From a virus (Duplodnaviria > Caudoviricetes): a stretch of DNA of 64,000 bases. Below, piece after piece: positions 39,535 to 47,753 of this stretch. A model generated the notes under the pieces. That model did not search any database, was not told the DNA's origin, and saw nothing but the letters and a program-made list of their open reading frames with translations. Made by a program: the position numbers and the translations under genes. The DNA lies in IMG/VR virus record IMGVR_UViG_3300030101_004160, positions 1,047-65,046 of that record; one strand, written 5' to 3'. How positions within the stretch are numbered: the stretch's first letter is position 1; each line of letters opens with the position of its first letter.

Positions 39535-40108
39535 AAAAACATCTAAAGAGCTTGGTGTTAAAGTATACAACTTTGGTATACCTGCATACAAATCTGCTAG
39601 TGGCAAGCTAACTTGTCCTTTTGCGGACGAGTGTGTAGCGTTTTGTTACGCAAAGAAAGGCGCATACATATGGAGTAATGTGCAGCCTGCCTTTGAAAAA
39701 CGTTACCAGCTTACACTTACAGATCAATTTGTAGAAGCTATGTCTAAAGAAATTCTAAAAAAACAACCAGACTTTGTACGTGTACATGACTCTGGCGATT
39801 ACTATTCACCTAAGTATTTACAAAAGTGGATAGATCTTGCAATAATACATCACGCAGTTAAGTTCTACAGCTATACAAATTGCGTAAAAATGCTTAAAGA
39901 AGCAAAACTACCAGATAACTATGATATTATATTTTCTGATAGTGGTAAACAAAAACACCTGATTAACAGGAAAATAGATAGGCATACAAAAATATTTGAT
40001 AATTATCAAGAACTATTAGATAATAATTATATCAATGCATCTAAAATAGATTTGTATGCTACAAAATGGTTTAATAAAAATAATAAAGTAGGACTAATAA
40101 AACATTAA
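39503..40108 (+). CDS. GP88-family (radical-SAM-like Cys-cluster) protein
   Basis: NSKLKK...FGIPA...TCPFADECVAFCYA...RVHDSGDYYS...FYSYT; likely start MNLLTQ at 39503. Confidence 0.7.
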   Translation: MNLLTQNSKLKKTSKELGVKVYNFGIPAYKSASGKLTCPFADECVAFCYAKKGAYIWSNVQPAFEKRYQLTLTDQFVEAMSKEILKKQPDFVRVHDSGDYYSPKYLQKWIDLAIIHHAVKFYSYTNCVKMLKEAKLPDNYDIIFSDSGKQKHLINRKIDRHTKIFDNYQELLDNNYINASKIDLYATKWFNKNNKVGLIKH

Positions 40109-40110
40109 CT

Positions 40111-40350
40111 ATGAAAGAAAATGAATATGAAATTGATGGAGTTTGGCATCAAATAAAACCAAATGAAATGGAATTTATAGATGAAATTGCCACTCAATTA
40201 ACAGAACTTAACTTTCATGAAAATACATTTGTGCCAACACCAGTAGGTTTGTTGCAATTACCAAAATTTACTGAAGAAGCACAAGATTTCTACAACGAAA
40301 GATATGATGAAGTAGAAAGTCTATTTATTAACTTAATAAAAACAAAATAA
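40111..40350 (+). CDS. Acidic hypothetical protein
   Basis: Operon-like packing. Confidence 0.55.
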   Translation: MKENEYEIDGVWHQIKPNEMEFIDEIATQLTELNFHENTFVPTPVGLLQLPKFTEEAQDFYNERYDEVESLFINLIKTK

Positions 40351-40468
40351 TTATGGACGAATTATCACAAAGATATTTTGGTATAATTACTAAAATGATT
40401 AAAGAAAACAAAACAACAAAAGAATTAGAAAACGAATTAAAAAAAACTAAAACTAAAACAAAATAATT

Positions 40469-40915
40469 ATGGGAACAAGAAGCTTAACTTATATAGAAGA
40501 ATCATATGAAACTGCAGTTGCAGATGAAGAAAATAATAATGGAGTATATGAAGAAAAACAAAACATATTTTGTATGTATCGTCAGTTTGATGGTTATCTT
40601 AGCGGTCATGGTGCAGAGCTTGCTGAGTTTTTGCAAGATTTTAATGTTGTTAATGGTTACAATTCTGATACTCCTAAGCGTTCTGCGAATGGTATGGGAT
40701 GTCTGGCAGCGCAACTAATTAGTCACTTCAAAGATGGTATTGGAAATATATACATACATCATCCTGATGACAAAGATTGCGGTGAAGAATACACTTACAC
40801 TATTTATGAAAAAGACGGTAAAGTTCGTATCCGTGCATATGATGTTTGGGCAAAAGAGATTATATTTGACGGTACGCCTGAATATATGCTTGCATTAGCA
40901 GAATCACAAGTATGA
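40469..40915 (+). CDS. Conserved phage protein (MGTRS...YRQFDGY...NGMGCLAAQL)
   Basis: Motifs of a widespread uncharacterised phage family, from recall. Confidence 0.6.
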   Translation: MGTRSLTYIEESYETAVADEENNNGVYEEKQNIFCMYRQFDGYLSGHGAELAEFLQDFNVVNGYNSDTPKRSANGMGCLAAQLISHFKDGIGNIYIHHPDDKDCGEEYTYTIYEKDGKVRIRAYDVWAKEIIFDGTPEYMLALAESQV

Positions 40916-41073
40916 AATTAGTAGTATTAAATTTTCTAAAAAACATATCTTATATTTATACAATAGATAGAAGAATCAGTGATGATGAGGTAGGTGACCT
41001 ATTATTAGAAATGGGTCATCGCCCTGAACACTGTCAATGGATGTTAACTAAAAATGAAATAATAATAAAATAA
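40912..41073 (+). CDS. Small hypothetical protein (53 aa), not in ORF track
   Basis: ATGA overlap; fills gap. Confidence 0.5.
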   Translation: MKLVVLNFLKNISYIYTIDRRISDDEVGDLLLEMGHRPEHCQWMLTKNEIIIK

Positions 41074-41075
41074 TT

Positions 41076-41264
41076 ATGGAATATACAAATACAGAAAAAA
41101 TAAGTAATATTTTAAATAAAACTAAAGCTTATATTGAAATAGGAAAAGCTTTAAAAATAGAAATTGATTCTGATAGTCAAATATTTCACGAAATAGAGGA
41201 ATATATATATGAAAAATATAAAGAAATGGAAAATGAAAAAATCAACCAACTCTACATAATATGA
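41076..41264 (+). CDS. Hypothetical protein
   Basis: Operon-like packing. Confidence 0.5.
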   Translation: MEYTNTEKISNILNKTKAYIEIGKALKIEIDSDSQIFHEIEEYIYEKYKEMENEKINQLYII

Positions 41265-41494
41265 ACTATGATAAATGGAAACTGAGTAACCCAGTAGATG
41301 ATGGTTACGGATACGACATGGTAAGTAGTTGCTGTGGAGCAAACTTGTACAATCATGATGATACAGACGAGTGTGATATTTGTTCTAATTGCGATGATGA
41401 ATGTGAACCTATAGAAGACTACGAGTACAAAGCTATACAAAGAGAAAATTATTTGGAAGAAAGAGCAGATGCTAGACGAAAATATGGAGAATAA
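41261..41494 (+). CDS. Small zinc-finger-like protein
   Basis: YDKWKL...SSCCGA...CDICSNCDDEC. Confidence 0.6.
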   Translation: MNYDKWKLSNPVDDGYGYDMVSSCCGANLYNHDDTDECDICSNCDDECEPIEDYEYKAIQRENYLEERADARRKYGE

Positions 41495-41497
41495 TTA

Positions 41498-41505
41498 TAT
41501 ATTTG
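41498..41505 (+). promoter_or_regulatory. -7 box TATATTTG for helicase
   Basis: Exact TAnnTTTG about 21 nt upstream of ATG 41527. Confidence 0.65.
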
Positions 41506-41526
41506 TCAGTTCAAACGAAAACCAAC

Positions 41527-42816
41527 ATGACTAATTATGATATAGCACAAACTCTGCTAGGTAAACTTATTGTAGAGCCAAAACTAATAGGTAAGTACCA
41601 ACAACTACTACATAAAGATTTATTTGAGTGTGATATGCATCAATCTGTGTATCACGCTCTTATAAATTTACATGAAAATAATAGAACAATAGATTTATTA
41701 TCAGTTTCAAAATTAATAAAAGGGGAAAACATTGTTCTTGAATTGTCACAAATGACAGATAAGGCATTTGATTTTACAGAAGCATTTACCTGTATTGGTG
41801 TTCTTACAGAAGATTTTCAAAAAAGAGTATTGTTTGGTATTGTACATGAAGTTAATAATCAATTAAGCAATCATGAAGAATTAGAGCTAATAGTTGGAAA
41901 GTTAAGTTCTGAAATGTCAAAATTGCAAATAGGACAACCAGAACAACTTGGAAATATACAAAAACAAATTAAAGATTTCTTACAAGATGTTGAAACAAGA
42001 ATTAATACAGAGGGTTTACTTGGTATTTCATCTGGTTTTAGAGATATTGACAGGTTTACTGGTGGTTGGCAAGAAACAGATTTAATTATAGTTGGTGGGG
42101 CATCATCTATGGGTAAGACAAGCTTTGCGCTTGCTCTTGCCTATAATGCTGCTTTGCGCACAAACACACCTACTGTAATTTTTTCATATGAAATGTCAGC
42201 ACTACAGTTAATTAGACGTTTAGCTTCAATGGAGTCAGAAATAAGTAACAAATACATAACAAATGGCGCTTTAAATCAAGACGAATTAAAAAAGATACAT
42301 GAATCTATTGGAAAAATAGAAAATATACCAATAAATATAGACGAAGGTAGTCTTACATCATTGTCTTATTTAGTTCACAGAATTAAAGAGTATGTAAAAA
42401 CAAAAAAAGTTAAATTAGTAATGGTAGATTACTTACAGTTAGTTAGTTCAAAAAATAAAGCAGGAAGTCGTGAACAAGAAGTAAGTAAAGTGGCAAGAAC
42501 ATTAAAAAATTTAGCAAAAGAGTTAAATATTACCGTAATTGCGTTAAGTCAATTAAATAGAGGTGTGGGTATGCGTAATAATAGCAAACCAACACTAGCA
42601 GATTTAAGAGAATCAGGTGAAATAGAACAAGCAGCAGATATAGTTATGCTTATTTACCGACCTGAATACTATGGAATTGAATTTAATGATGACGGAAAAG
42701 AAAGTAAGGGCACTGCCAATATAATATTTGCTAAGGGCAGAAATATTGGGGTAGGTGAAGTTACTTTAAGATTTAAAAGTGAAATAACAAAATTTATAGA
42801 TTATGAAAAAATATAA
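41527..42816 (+). CDS. dnaB: Replicative DNA helicase, DnaB family
   Basis: Walker A GASSMGKT, FSYEMS, MVDYLQL, ALSQLNR, DLRESGEIEQAADIV, AKGRNIG; ATG at 41527 preferred to TTG 41503. Confidence 0.95.
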   Translation: MTNYDIAQTLLGKLIVEPKLIGKYQQLLHKDLFECDMHQSVYHALINLHENNRTIDLLSVSKLIKGENIVLELSQMTDKAFDFTEAFTCIGVLTEDFQKRVLFGIVHEVNNQLSNHEELELIVGKLSSEMSKLQIGQPEQLGNIQKQIKDFLQDVETRINTEGLLGISSGFRDIDRFTGGWQETDLIIVGGASSMGKTSFALALAYNAALRTNTPTVIFSYEMSALQLIRRLASMESEISNKYITNGALNQDELKKIHESIGKIENIPINIDEGSLTSLSYLVHRIKEYVKTKKVKLVMVDYLQLVSSKNKAGSREQEVSKVARTLKNLAKELNITVIALSQLNRGVGMRNNSKPTLADLRESGEIEQAADIVMLIYRPEYYGIEFNDDGKESKGTANIIFAKGRNIGVGEVTLRFKSEITKFIDYEKI

Positions 42817-42961
42817 AATTATAAAACATTATCCAATAGCAACTATAATGGCTTTTACACTTATAGTTTATTTTGCTTGGAAAATAATATTTTCATTAAT
42901 CATAGCTATAGCATTATTTTTACCTATATATTTAGCTGTTCAAGTGCTTAATGATAACTAA
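42803..42961 (+). CDS. Small membrane protein (52 aa), not in ORF track
   Basis: MKKYKIIKHYPIATIMAFTLIVYFAWKIIFSLIIAIALFLPIYLAVQVLNDN. Confidence 0.5.
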   Translation: MKKYKIIKHYPIATIMAFTLIVYFAWKIIFSLIIAIALFLPIYLAVQVLNDN

Positions 42962-42968
42962 AAAATTG

Positions 42969-42976
42969 TATATTTG
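42969..42976 (+). promoter_or_regulatory. -7 box TATATTTG
   Basis: Exact match 3 nt before ATG 42980. Confidence 0.6.
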
Positions 42977-42979
42977 CTA

Positions 42980-43249
42980 ATGAACAAGGAAAAAAAACAA
43001 CAATCTAAGTTTGTTTCTATAGTAAAAGAAATAGCTTATGACCTTGGAATAGACAAACAACTTGTCAAACAAGTTTTGATTCTAACGTTTAAAGAAATAG
43101 CAATAACTTTAATACTTAGAGGAAAAAATGTAATGATAAGAAGATTTGTAAAATTTGTAGTTGCAGCTTCAGCTATAAGAAAAATGAAAAAACAAAATAA
43201 AGAAAACAAAAATGAATCTAAACGAACTAAAGAAAGAACTACCGTATAA
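42980..43249 (+). CDS. HU/IHF-like DNA-binding protein
   Basis: IVKEIAYDLGIDKQLVKQVL...GKNVMIRRFVKF matches HU helix-helix-strand pattern. Confidence 0.6.
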   Translation: MNKEKKQQSKFVSIVKEIAYDLGIDKQLVKQVLILTFKEIAITLILRGKNVMIRRFVKFVVAASAIRKMKKQNKENKNESKRTKERTTV

Positions 43250-43703
43250 GTGGCGTGTACAGTCCACTAAATATGGAAAAACTACCTGTGTAGCGTATAT
43301 AGACGCTAGAGATTGCCAAGACTTATTAGACGAAGTATGCGGTCCAGAAAACTGGCAAAGTATATTCTATGAAGAGAATGGCTTACTGTTCTGTAAAGTA
43401 GGCATTTGCTGTGATGCAAAAGATAATGAATCTGAAGTAGCATATCACCAATGGGTATGGAAATCAGACACAGGATCAGAATCTAATGTAGAAAAAGACA
43501 AAGGTCATGTATCAGATGCATTTAAACGTGCATGTGTATCATGGGGTATAGGTAGATTTTTATACAGACTACCAATACAGACGCTACAAACTAAACAATG
43601 GAAAGGGAAGGATTATCCTTATGCTCCAGAAAAAGATAAAATTATATTTGATGGCGATACGCTAACCAAATATATTAATTGGAAAATCAAAAACAATAAA
43701 TAA
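43212..43703 (+). CDS. Rad52/Sak-family single-strand annealing protein
   Basis: AYIDARDCQDLLDEVCGPENWQ, WVWKSDTG, SDAFKRACVSWGIGRFLY. Confidence 0.88.
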   Translation: MNLNELKKELPYKWRVQSTKYGKTTCVAYIDARDCQDLLDEVCGPENWQSIFYEENGLLFCKVGICCDAKDNESEVAYHQWVWKSDTGSESNVEKDKGHVSDAFKRACVSWGIGRFLYRLPIQTLQTKQWKGKDYPYAPEKDKIIFDGDTLTKYINWKIKNNK

Positions 43704-43960
43704 TGGAAAACGAAGAAATAAGACATGGTACTGTAGAGATACATCAAGATAGACCAGAGAGCTACATACCTAAAAACATTATCAATACTCCTCATTTACA
43801 AGAGCAAATAGATATTCAACAAAAGTATAATGATTTAAAAAAAGATAATGAAAGATTAAGAGAAAATAATACAAATTACAAATTACAATTAATAGCAGTA
43901 AAAGAAAAATTGTATAAAATAACTAAAATAATAGAACAAGAAAATGGCACTACCTTTTAA
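43703..43960 (+). CDS. Coiled-coil hypothetical protein
   Basis: Coupled ORF, heptad pattern. Confidence 0.55.
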   Translation: MENEEIRHGTVEIHQDRPESYIPKNIINTPHLQEQIDIQQKYNDLKKDNERLRENNTNYKLQLIAVKEKLYKITKIIEQENGTTF

Positions 43961-44522
43961 TTTAAATACAACAACAACAACTAGAGCGCAAGGAGAAAAA
44001 ATAGAATACATTCAGCCTGGAGCTCATCATTGTAAAATAACTGGCCTTACAACATCTGATAGTTTAGATAATTATAATGGATCGCCTTTTATACAGTATA
44101 CCGTTAAGAGTACTGATGGTAAAATAGGCAGATGTAGATTTTGGGTTGTAAAAGAATCTGACAAACCGTCTACAAAAGAATGGAAAACTAAACAAATTAA
44201 AGACTTTCTAATTAATGCAGGCGTGAAAGACTTTAGCGATGATAGCACTGCTATGAACGCGGCTATACATCAGGATCTTATGATAGCATTTATTTCGGAA
44301 GAATATATTGGAATCAATAAAGAAAACGAAGAGCCTGTAATTAGAAAAGCTGTTAAGTACAGATGGTCATCAAAAGTAGGCGGTAAATGCACCTACAATG
44401 ACGACATGAACAAATCATTATCTGACGAAGAAATGGCTGAGTTTACAAGCAAACACGCTTCGTGGGGCAGAGCAAACGCAATAGCGCAAGACGCCTCTAG
44501 TGACGATGATATGCCATTCTAA
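43944..44522 (+). CDS. Putative single-stranded DNA-binding protein
   Basis: YIQPGAHHCKIT OB-fold-like start; acidic tail SSDDDMPF; next to Sak. Confidence 0.65.
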   Translation: MALPFNLNTTTTTRAQGEKIEYIQPGAHHCKITGLTTSDSLDNYNGSPFIQYTVKSTDGKIGRCRFWVVKESDKPSTKEWKTKQIKDFLINAGVKDFSDDSTAMNAAIHQDLMIAFISEEYIGINKENEEPVIRKAVKYRWSSKVGGKCTYNDDMNKSLSDEEMAEFTSKHASWGRANAIAQDASSDDDMPF

Positions 44523-44630
44523 AGATAAGAGATAACAAATCCCAAGGGTATCAGGTAAAACTACTGGTTAGTTTTTTAAGACTTAAGTGCGCCAACTTAC
44601 CCTAGGGTGCAACTCTTTAATTTTTTTTAC

Positions 44631-44638
44631 TATATTTG
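44631..44638 (+). promoter_or_regulatory. -7 box TATATTTG
   Basis: Exact match 4 nt before ATG 44643. Confidence 0.6.
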
Positions 44639-44642
44639 CCAG

Positions 44643-45008
44643 ATGTGTGCAATTTTTATACCAAAGAATGTGCCGTCTAGCAAAAATAGTAAACAATGGA
44701 CAGGTAAATATTTAATTCATTCTAAAACCGTTAGAAATTATATAAAAATAACAAAGCCAGATTGGATAGCAAACAAAAAAAAGTTTTTAAAATTGATAGA
44801 AAATAAACAAAAACCATATAATATAAAGTTTACATTTATTAGAGATAGTAAGCGTAAATTTGATTACATAAACCCTTGTCAAACTGTGCAAGATTTAATG
44901 GAGCAATATGGTTATATTGAAAACGATAATTGTGAAAATATTATTCCCTGTTTTGGAAAATATATTGTAGATAAAAATAATGCAGGAGTTAAAATAGAAG
45001 TTTTATAA
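44643..45008 (+). CDS. rusA: RusA-like Holliday junction resolvase
   Basis: IPKNVPSSKN...RKFDYIN...VQDLM...GYIENDN...GVKIEV. Confidence 0.7.
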   Translation: MCAIFIPKNVPSSKNSKQWTGKYLIHSKTVRNYIKITKPDWIANKKKFLKLIENKQKPYNIKFTFIRDSKRKFDYINPCQTVQDLMEQYGYIENDNCENIIPCFGKYIVDKNNAGVKIEVL

Positions 45009-45445
45009 TGAACGATTCGTTAAAAGATTATTTTGAAGATTATTGCAAAGAAGTAGATATAACTGTAAATCAATTAATTTCAAAATCTAGAAAAAGAGAC
45101 TTGGTAGAAAAAAGAATGGTATTAATGTATACCCTAAGAAAATCAGTAGGCATGACGTATCACAGTATTGGCGGTGCATTAAATAAAGATCATGCATCGG
45201 TCATATACGCAATCAAAACCATAGAAGATTTTATTAAGGTGTATCCACACATACAAAGACAATACGATATTTCTGAAGAAATTCTTGTTGATCATAAAGA
45301 AAATTTAATAGAATACTACAAGTCACCAATAATATCAGATTTAGAAAGAAACAAACAACTGGTAAACATATTACTAGATAATAATGATAGATTAAAATTA
45401 CAAATAAAACAATTAAAAGCAGAATTACATGACAACAAAAACTAA
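45008..45445 (+). CDS. DnaA domain-IV-like HTH protein with coiled-coil tail
   Basis: SKSRKRDLVEKRMVLMY...IGGALNKDHASVIYAIKTI parallels the DnaA signature; no AAA+ domain. Confidence 0.8.
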   Translation: MNDSLKDYFEDYCKEVDITVNQLISKSRKRDLVEKRMVLMYTLRKSVGMTYHSIGGALNKDHASVIYAIKTIEDFIKVYPHIQRQYDISEEILVDHKENLIEYYKSPIISDLERNKQLVNILLDNNDRLKLQIKQLKAELHDNKN

Positions 45446-45782
45446 AAAGGAAAAAGTTAATATTGCTGGTAAGCCTTACAAGCTAGACAAGCCAGTTGCA
45501 GACACTCTTAAAAACATGTCGGAGGCAATTAGATCACACGAAGTTGCTTTATTGACTTGGGTGCACAAAGATTATAATGCGTCAGGAAAATTTGAAGAAG
45601 ATGAAGTAAAAAGTTTTAGAAAATCACTATATCAATATAGCTTACAAATCCCTGAAGCAAATAATATCTTATTAAAAATGTCTGAGTTAGACGATAAAAC
45701 AGAAAAAGAATTAGAAGAATTAAATAATCAAGATAAAAAAGTTCAAAACAAAGAAGAGAAAGACGCGGGGACAAAAGAATAA
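45429..45782 (+). CDS. Hypothetical protein
   Basis: Overlapping operon ORF. Confidence 0.55.
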   Translation: MTTKTKKEKVNIAGKPYKLDKPVADTLKNMSEAIRSHEVALLTWVHKDYNASGKFEEDEVKSFRKSLYQYSLQIPEANNILLKMSELDDKTEKELEELNNQDKKVQNKEEKDAGTKE

Positions 45783-45788
45783 TTTTAC

Positions 45789-45796
45789 TACTTTTG
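45789..45796 (+). promoter_or_regulatory. -7 box TACTTTTG
   Basis: TAnnTTTG at start of intergenic gap. Confidence 0.55.
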
Positions 45797-45838
45797 TAGA
45801 ACTTTCTTGTCCATGTTCACATGGTTTTTGTTTTGATT

Positions 45839-45870
45839 CATTAGGGCCCTACTTCGGTAGGGTCTTAGTG
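45839..45870 (+). other. 14-bp hairpin with cUUCGg tetraloop
   Basis: CATTAGGGCCCTAC-TTCG-GTAGGGTCTTAGTG; G-U pairs favour the plus-strand RNA. Confidence 0.7.
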
Positions 45871-45884
45871 CATTAAAAGAGCAA

Positions 45885-46694
45885 ATGAAAAAAATAAAAA
45901 ATCACACTATTGACAATGACAACTACTACATTGATACTGAGTATGTAACAAATAGTATGTTGAATAAACTAACTAGCAATTCTCCAGAGTATTTTAAATA
46001 TTCTTTAGAGAATCCACAGCCGCCTTCAAGCGCAATGAAGTTTGGAACAGCTTTGCATATGCAGGTTTTACAACCTGAAGAGTACAACAAACATTATGTA
46101 GTTATGCCTAAATTTGACAAAAGAACCAAAAAAGGCAAGGAGGATTTTGAAGCATTTACTAACAAACACATGTTTAAAACTGTATTATCACAAGAAGATC
46201 ATGATACTATACAGGAGATAACAAGTAAATTATTTCAAGATGGTGATGCCGTACAATTATTGTCAAACGGCTTAAAAGAACACATAGCTGTTTGGCATAA
46301 TGAAGAATATAATGTAAATTGCAAAGGTATGTTAGACGTTTATAATATAGAAAATAACACTATAGTAGATTTGAAAACTACTAAGGACACGTCCTATTAT
46401 GGATTTGCAAATTCTATTAAAAAGTTTAACTACCATAAACAAGCTGCATTTTACATGGATGCAGTAAAAGCTCAAGAGTATTATATTGTAGCTGTAGAAA
46501 AAACTAAACCATACAGCATTAGTATAGTGCAATTAGGAGATGATCTTATTGATAGAGGCAGAGAACTTTATAATAGGGATTTAGAAGTATACAAATATTG
46601 TGTAGACAATAATTATTGGCCTGGTAGAGGCTTTGATTATCTAGACAAAAAATCAAAACGAACTATTCACATAATGACAGAAGATATATTATGA
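45885..46694 (+). CDS. RecE/exonuclease VIII-like PD-(D/E)XK nuclease
   Basis: VTNSML, FGTALHMQVLQP, CKGMLD, IVDLKTT, YHKQAAFY, IVAVEK. Confidence 0.88.
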   Translation: MKKIKNHTIDNDNYYIDTEYVTNSMLNKLTSNSPEYFKYSLENPQPPSSAMKFGTALHMQVLQPEEYNKHYVVMPKFDKRTKKGKEDFEAFTNKHMFKTVLSQEDHDTIQEITSKLFQDGDAVQLLSNGLKEHIAVWHNEEYNVNCKGMLDVYNIENNTIVDLKTTKDTSYYGFANSIKKFNYHKQAAFYMDAVKAQEYYIVAVEKTKPYSISIVQLGDDLIDRGRELYNRDLEVYKYCVDNNYWPGRGFDYLDKKSKRTIHIMTEDIL

Positions 46695-47083
46695 AACATT
46701 CAGTAGTATTTGAGGGTGGAATTGATAAAGTTAGCACCCTGGCTGACGGGAGCCTGCGTATATACGTAGGTACTCCTGAATTAGCAAACGAAACTATGGT
46801 TAATCTTTTTAGTTTAATCAAAAAACCAGGTTATGTATTAATATCAGCTAATAATATTAATCAAGACCAAATAGATGCAGTAGAAAAAGCTACAACAAAC
46901 ACAGAGTTTAGCGAAAAAACACCAAGTCAAAGGTTAAGAGGCGTACTTTACAAGTTATGGGAAAAAACACAGCCTAAAACTATGAACGGAGACACAGGCG
47001 AAATGGAGTATGTAGACTTTGATTTATTTTACAAAAGGCAAATGAATAAAATAACTGATCACTTTAAAACAAAATTAGACTAA
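46691..47083 (+). CDS. Conserved phage protein (KTPSQRLRGVLY)
   Basis: Coupled ORF in recombination block. Confidence 0.6.
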   Translation: MKHSVVFEGGIDKVSTLADGSLRIYVGTPELANETMVNLFSLIKKPGYVLISANNINQDQIDAVEKATTNTEFSEKTPSQRLRGVLYKLWEKTQPKTMNGDTGEMEYVDFDLFYKRQMNKITDHFKTKLD

Positions 47084-47424
47084 TGACAAAACACAATAAA
47101 TATTATTATGAGTTTGACAGGAATATGAGTTCAACTTATCCTGTAAAACAAGAAGAGAAAAAGGTTTCGTATAAATTTGATTGGCATTTAGAACAAGTAA
47201 CTAAAGAAGTTGTAAACTTGTTAAAAGAAAAAAACAAAGCATACGGAAATACAGCATTAAATCCACCTAATATATTTAGTAAATTAGATTCAGCTGAGGC
47301 AATATGCGCAAGAATTGATGATAAATTATCTAGAATAAAAAATAAAGGTATTAATGATCAAACAGAAGATACTATAAATGATTTAATTGGATATCTTTTA
47401 TTACTAAAAATGTCAAAAGAATGA
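47083..47424 (+). CDS. Nucleotide-modification-associated domain 1 (DUF1599-like) protein
   Basis: KNKAYGN...RIDDKLSRI...EDTINDLIGY. Confidence 0.75.
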   Translation: MTKHNKYYYEFDRNMSSTYPVKQEEKKVSYKFDWHLEQVTKEVVNLLKEKNKAYGNTALNPPNIFSKLDSAEAICARIDDKLSRIKNKGINDQTEDTINDLIGYLLLLKMSKE

Positions 47425-47532
47425 TTTACATATCTCTTACAATAATATTTATTGTGTTTTTTTTAATAATTTTACAATCTTACGAGTTATTAACAAACGA
47501 AAACAACGAATTAATTAAAAATTTAAATAATT

Positions 47533-47670
47533 ATGCCGAAAAAAAAGAAGCTGAACAGTTCAAATCCCAAATACAAAAGCCAAAGCGAATTAAAGATAAA
47601 ACCTATAAAAAAGAAAAAGCTAATGTGTGAAGTTAAAGGAATAAAAATATATGGGGTTTGGTATGAATAA
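47533..47670 (+). CDS. Small basic protein (45 aa), not in ORF track
   Basis: MPKKKKLNSSNPKYKS...IYGVWYE; overlaps the 47421-47630 ORF. Confidence 0.4.
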   Translation: MPKKKKLNSSNPKYKSQSELKIKPIKKKKLMCEVKGIKIYGVWYE

Positions 47671-47753
47671 ACAAGACCAAATAAGATATTGGAAAAAGTA
47701 TAGGGCCTATTTAATCAGATGGATAAAACGCATTGACAAGCATATTGCAAAAC

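Noticed and set aside
47421-47630. 69-aa ORF with N-terminal hydrophobic stretch
   Set aside because: Overlaps the alternative 47533-47670 ORF; cannot decide which is real, so not called with confidence.
35362-47750. Integrase, repressor or attachment site
   Set aside because: No recombinase or CI-like gene recognised; no host genes in the window.
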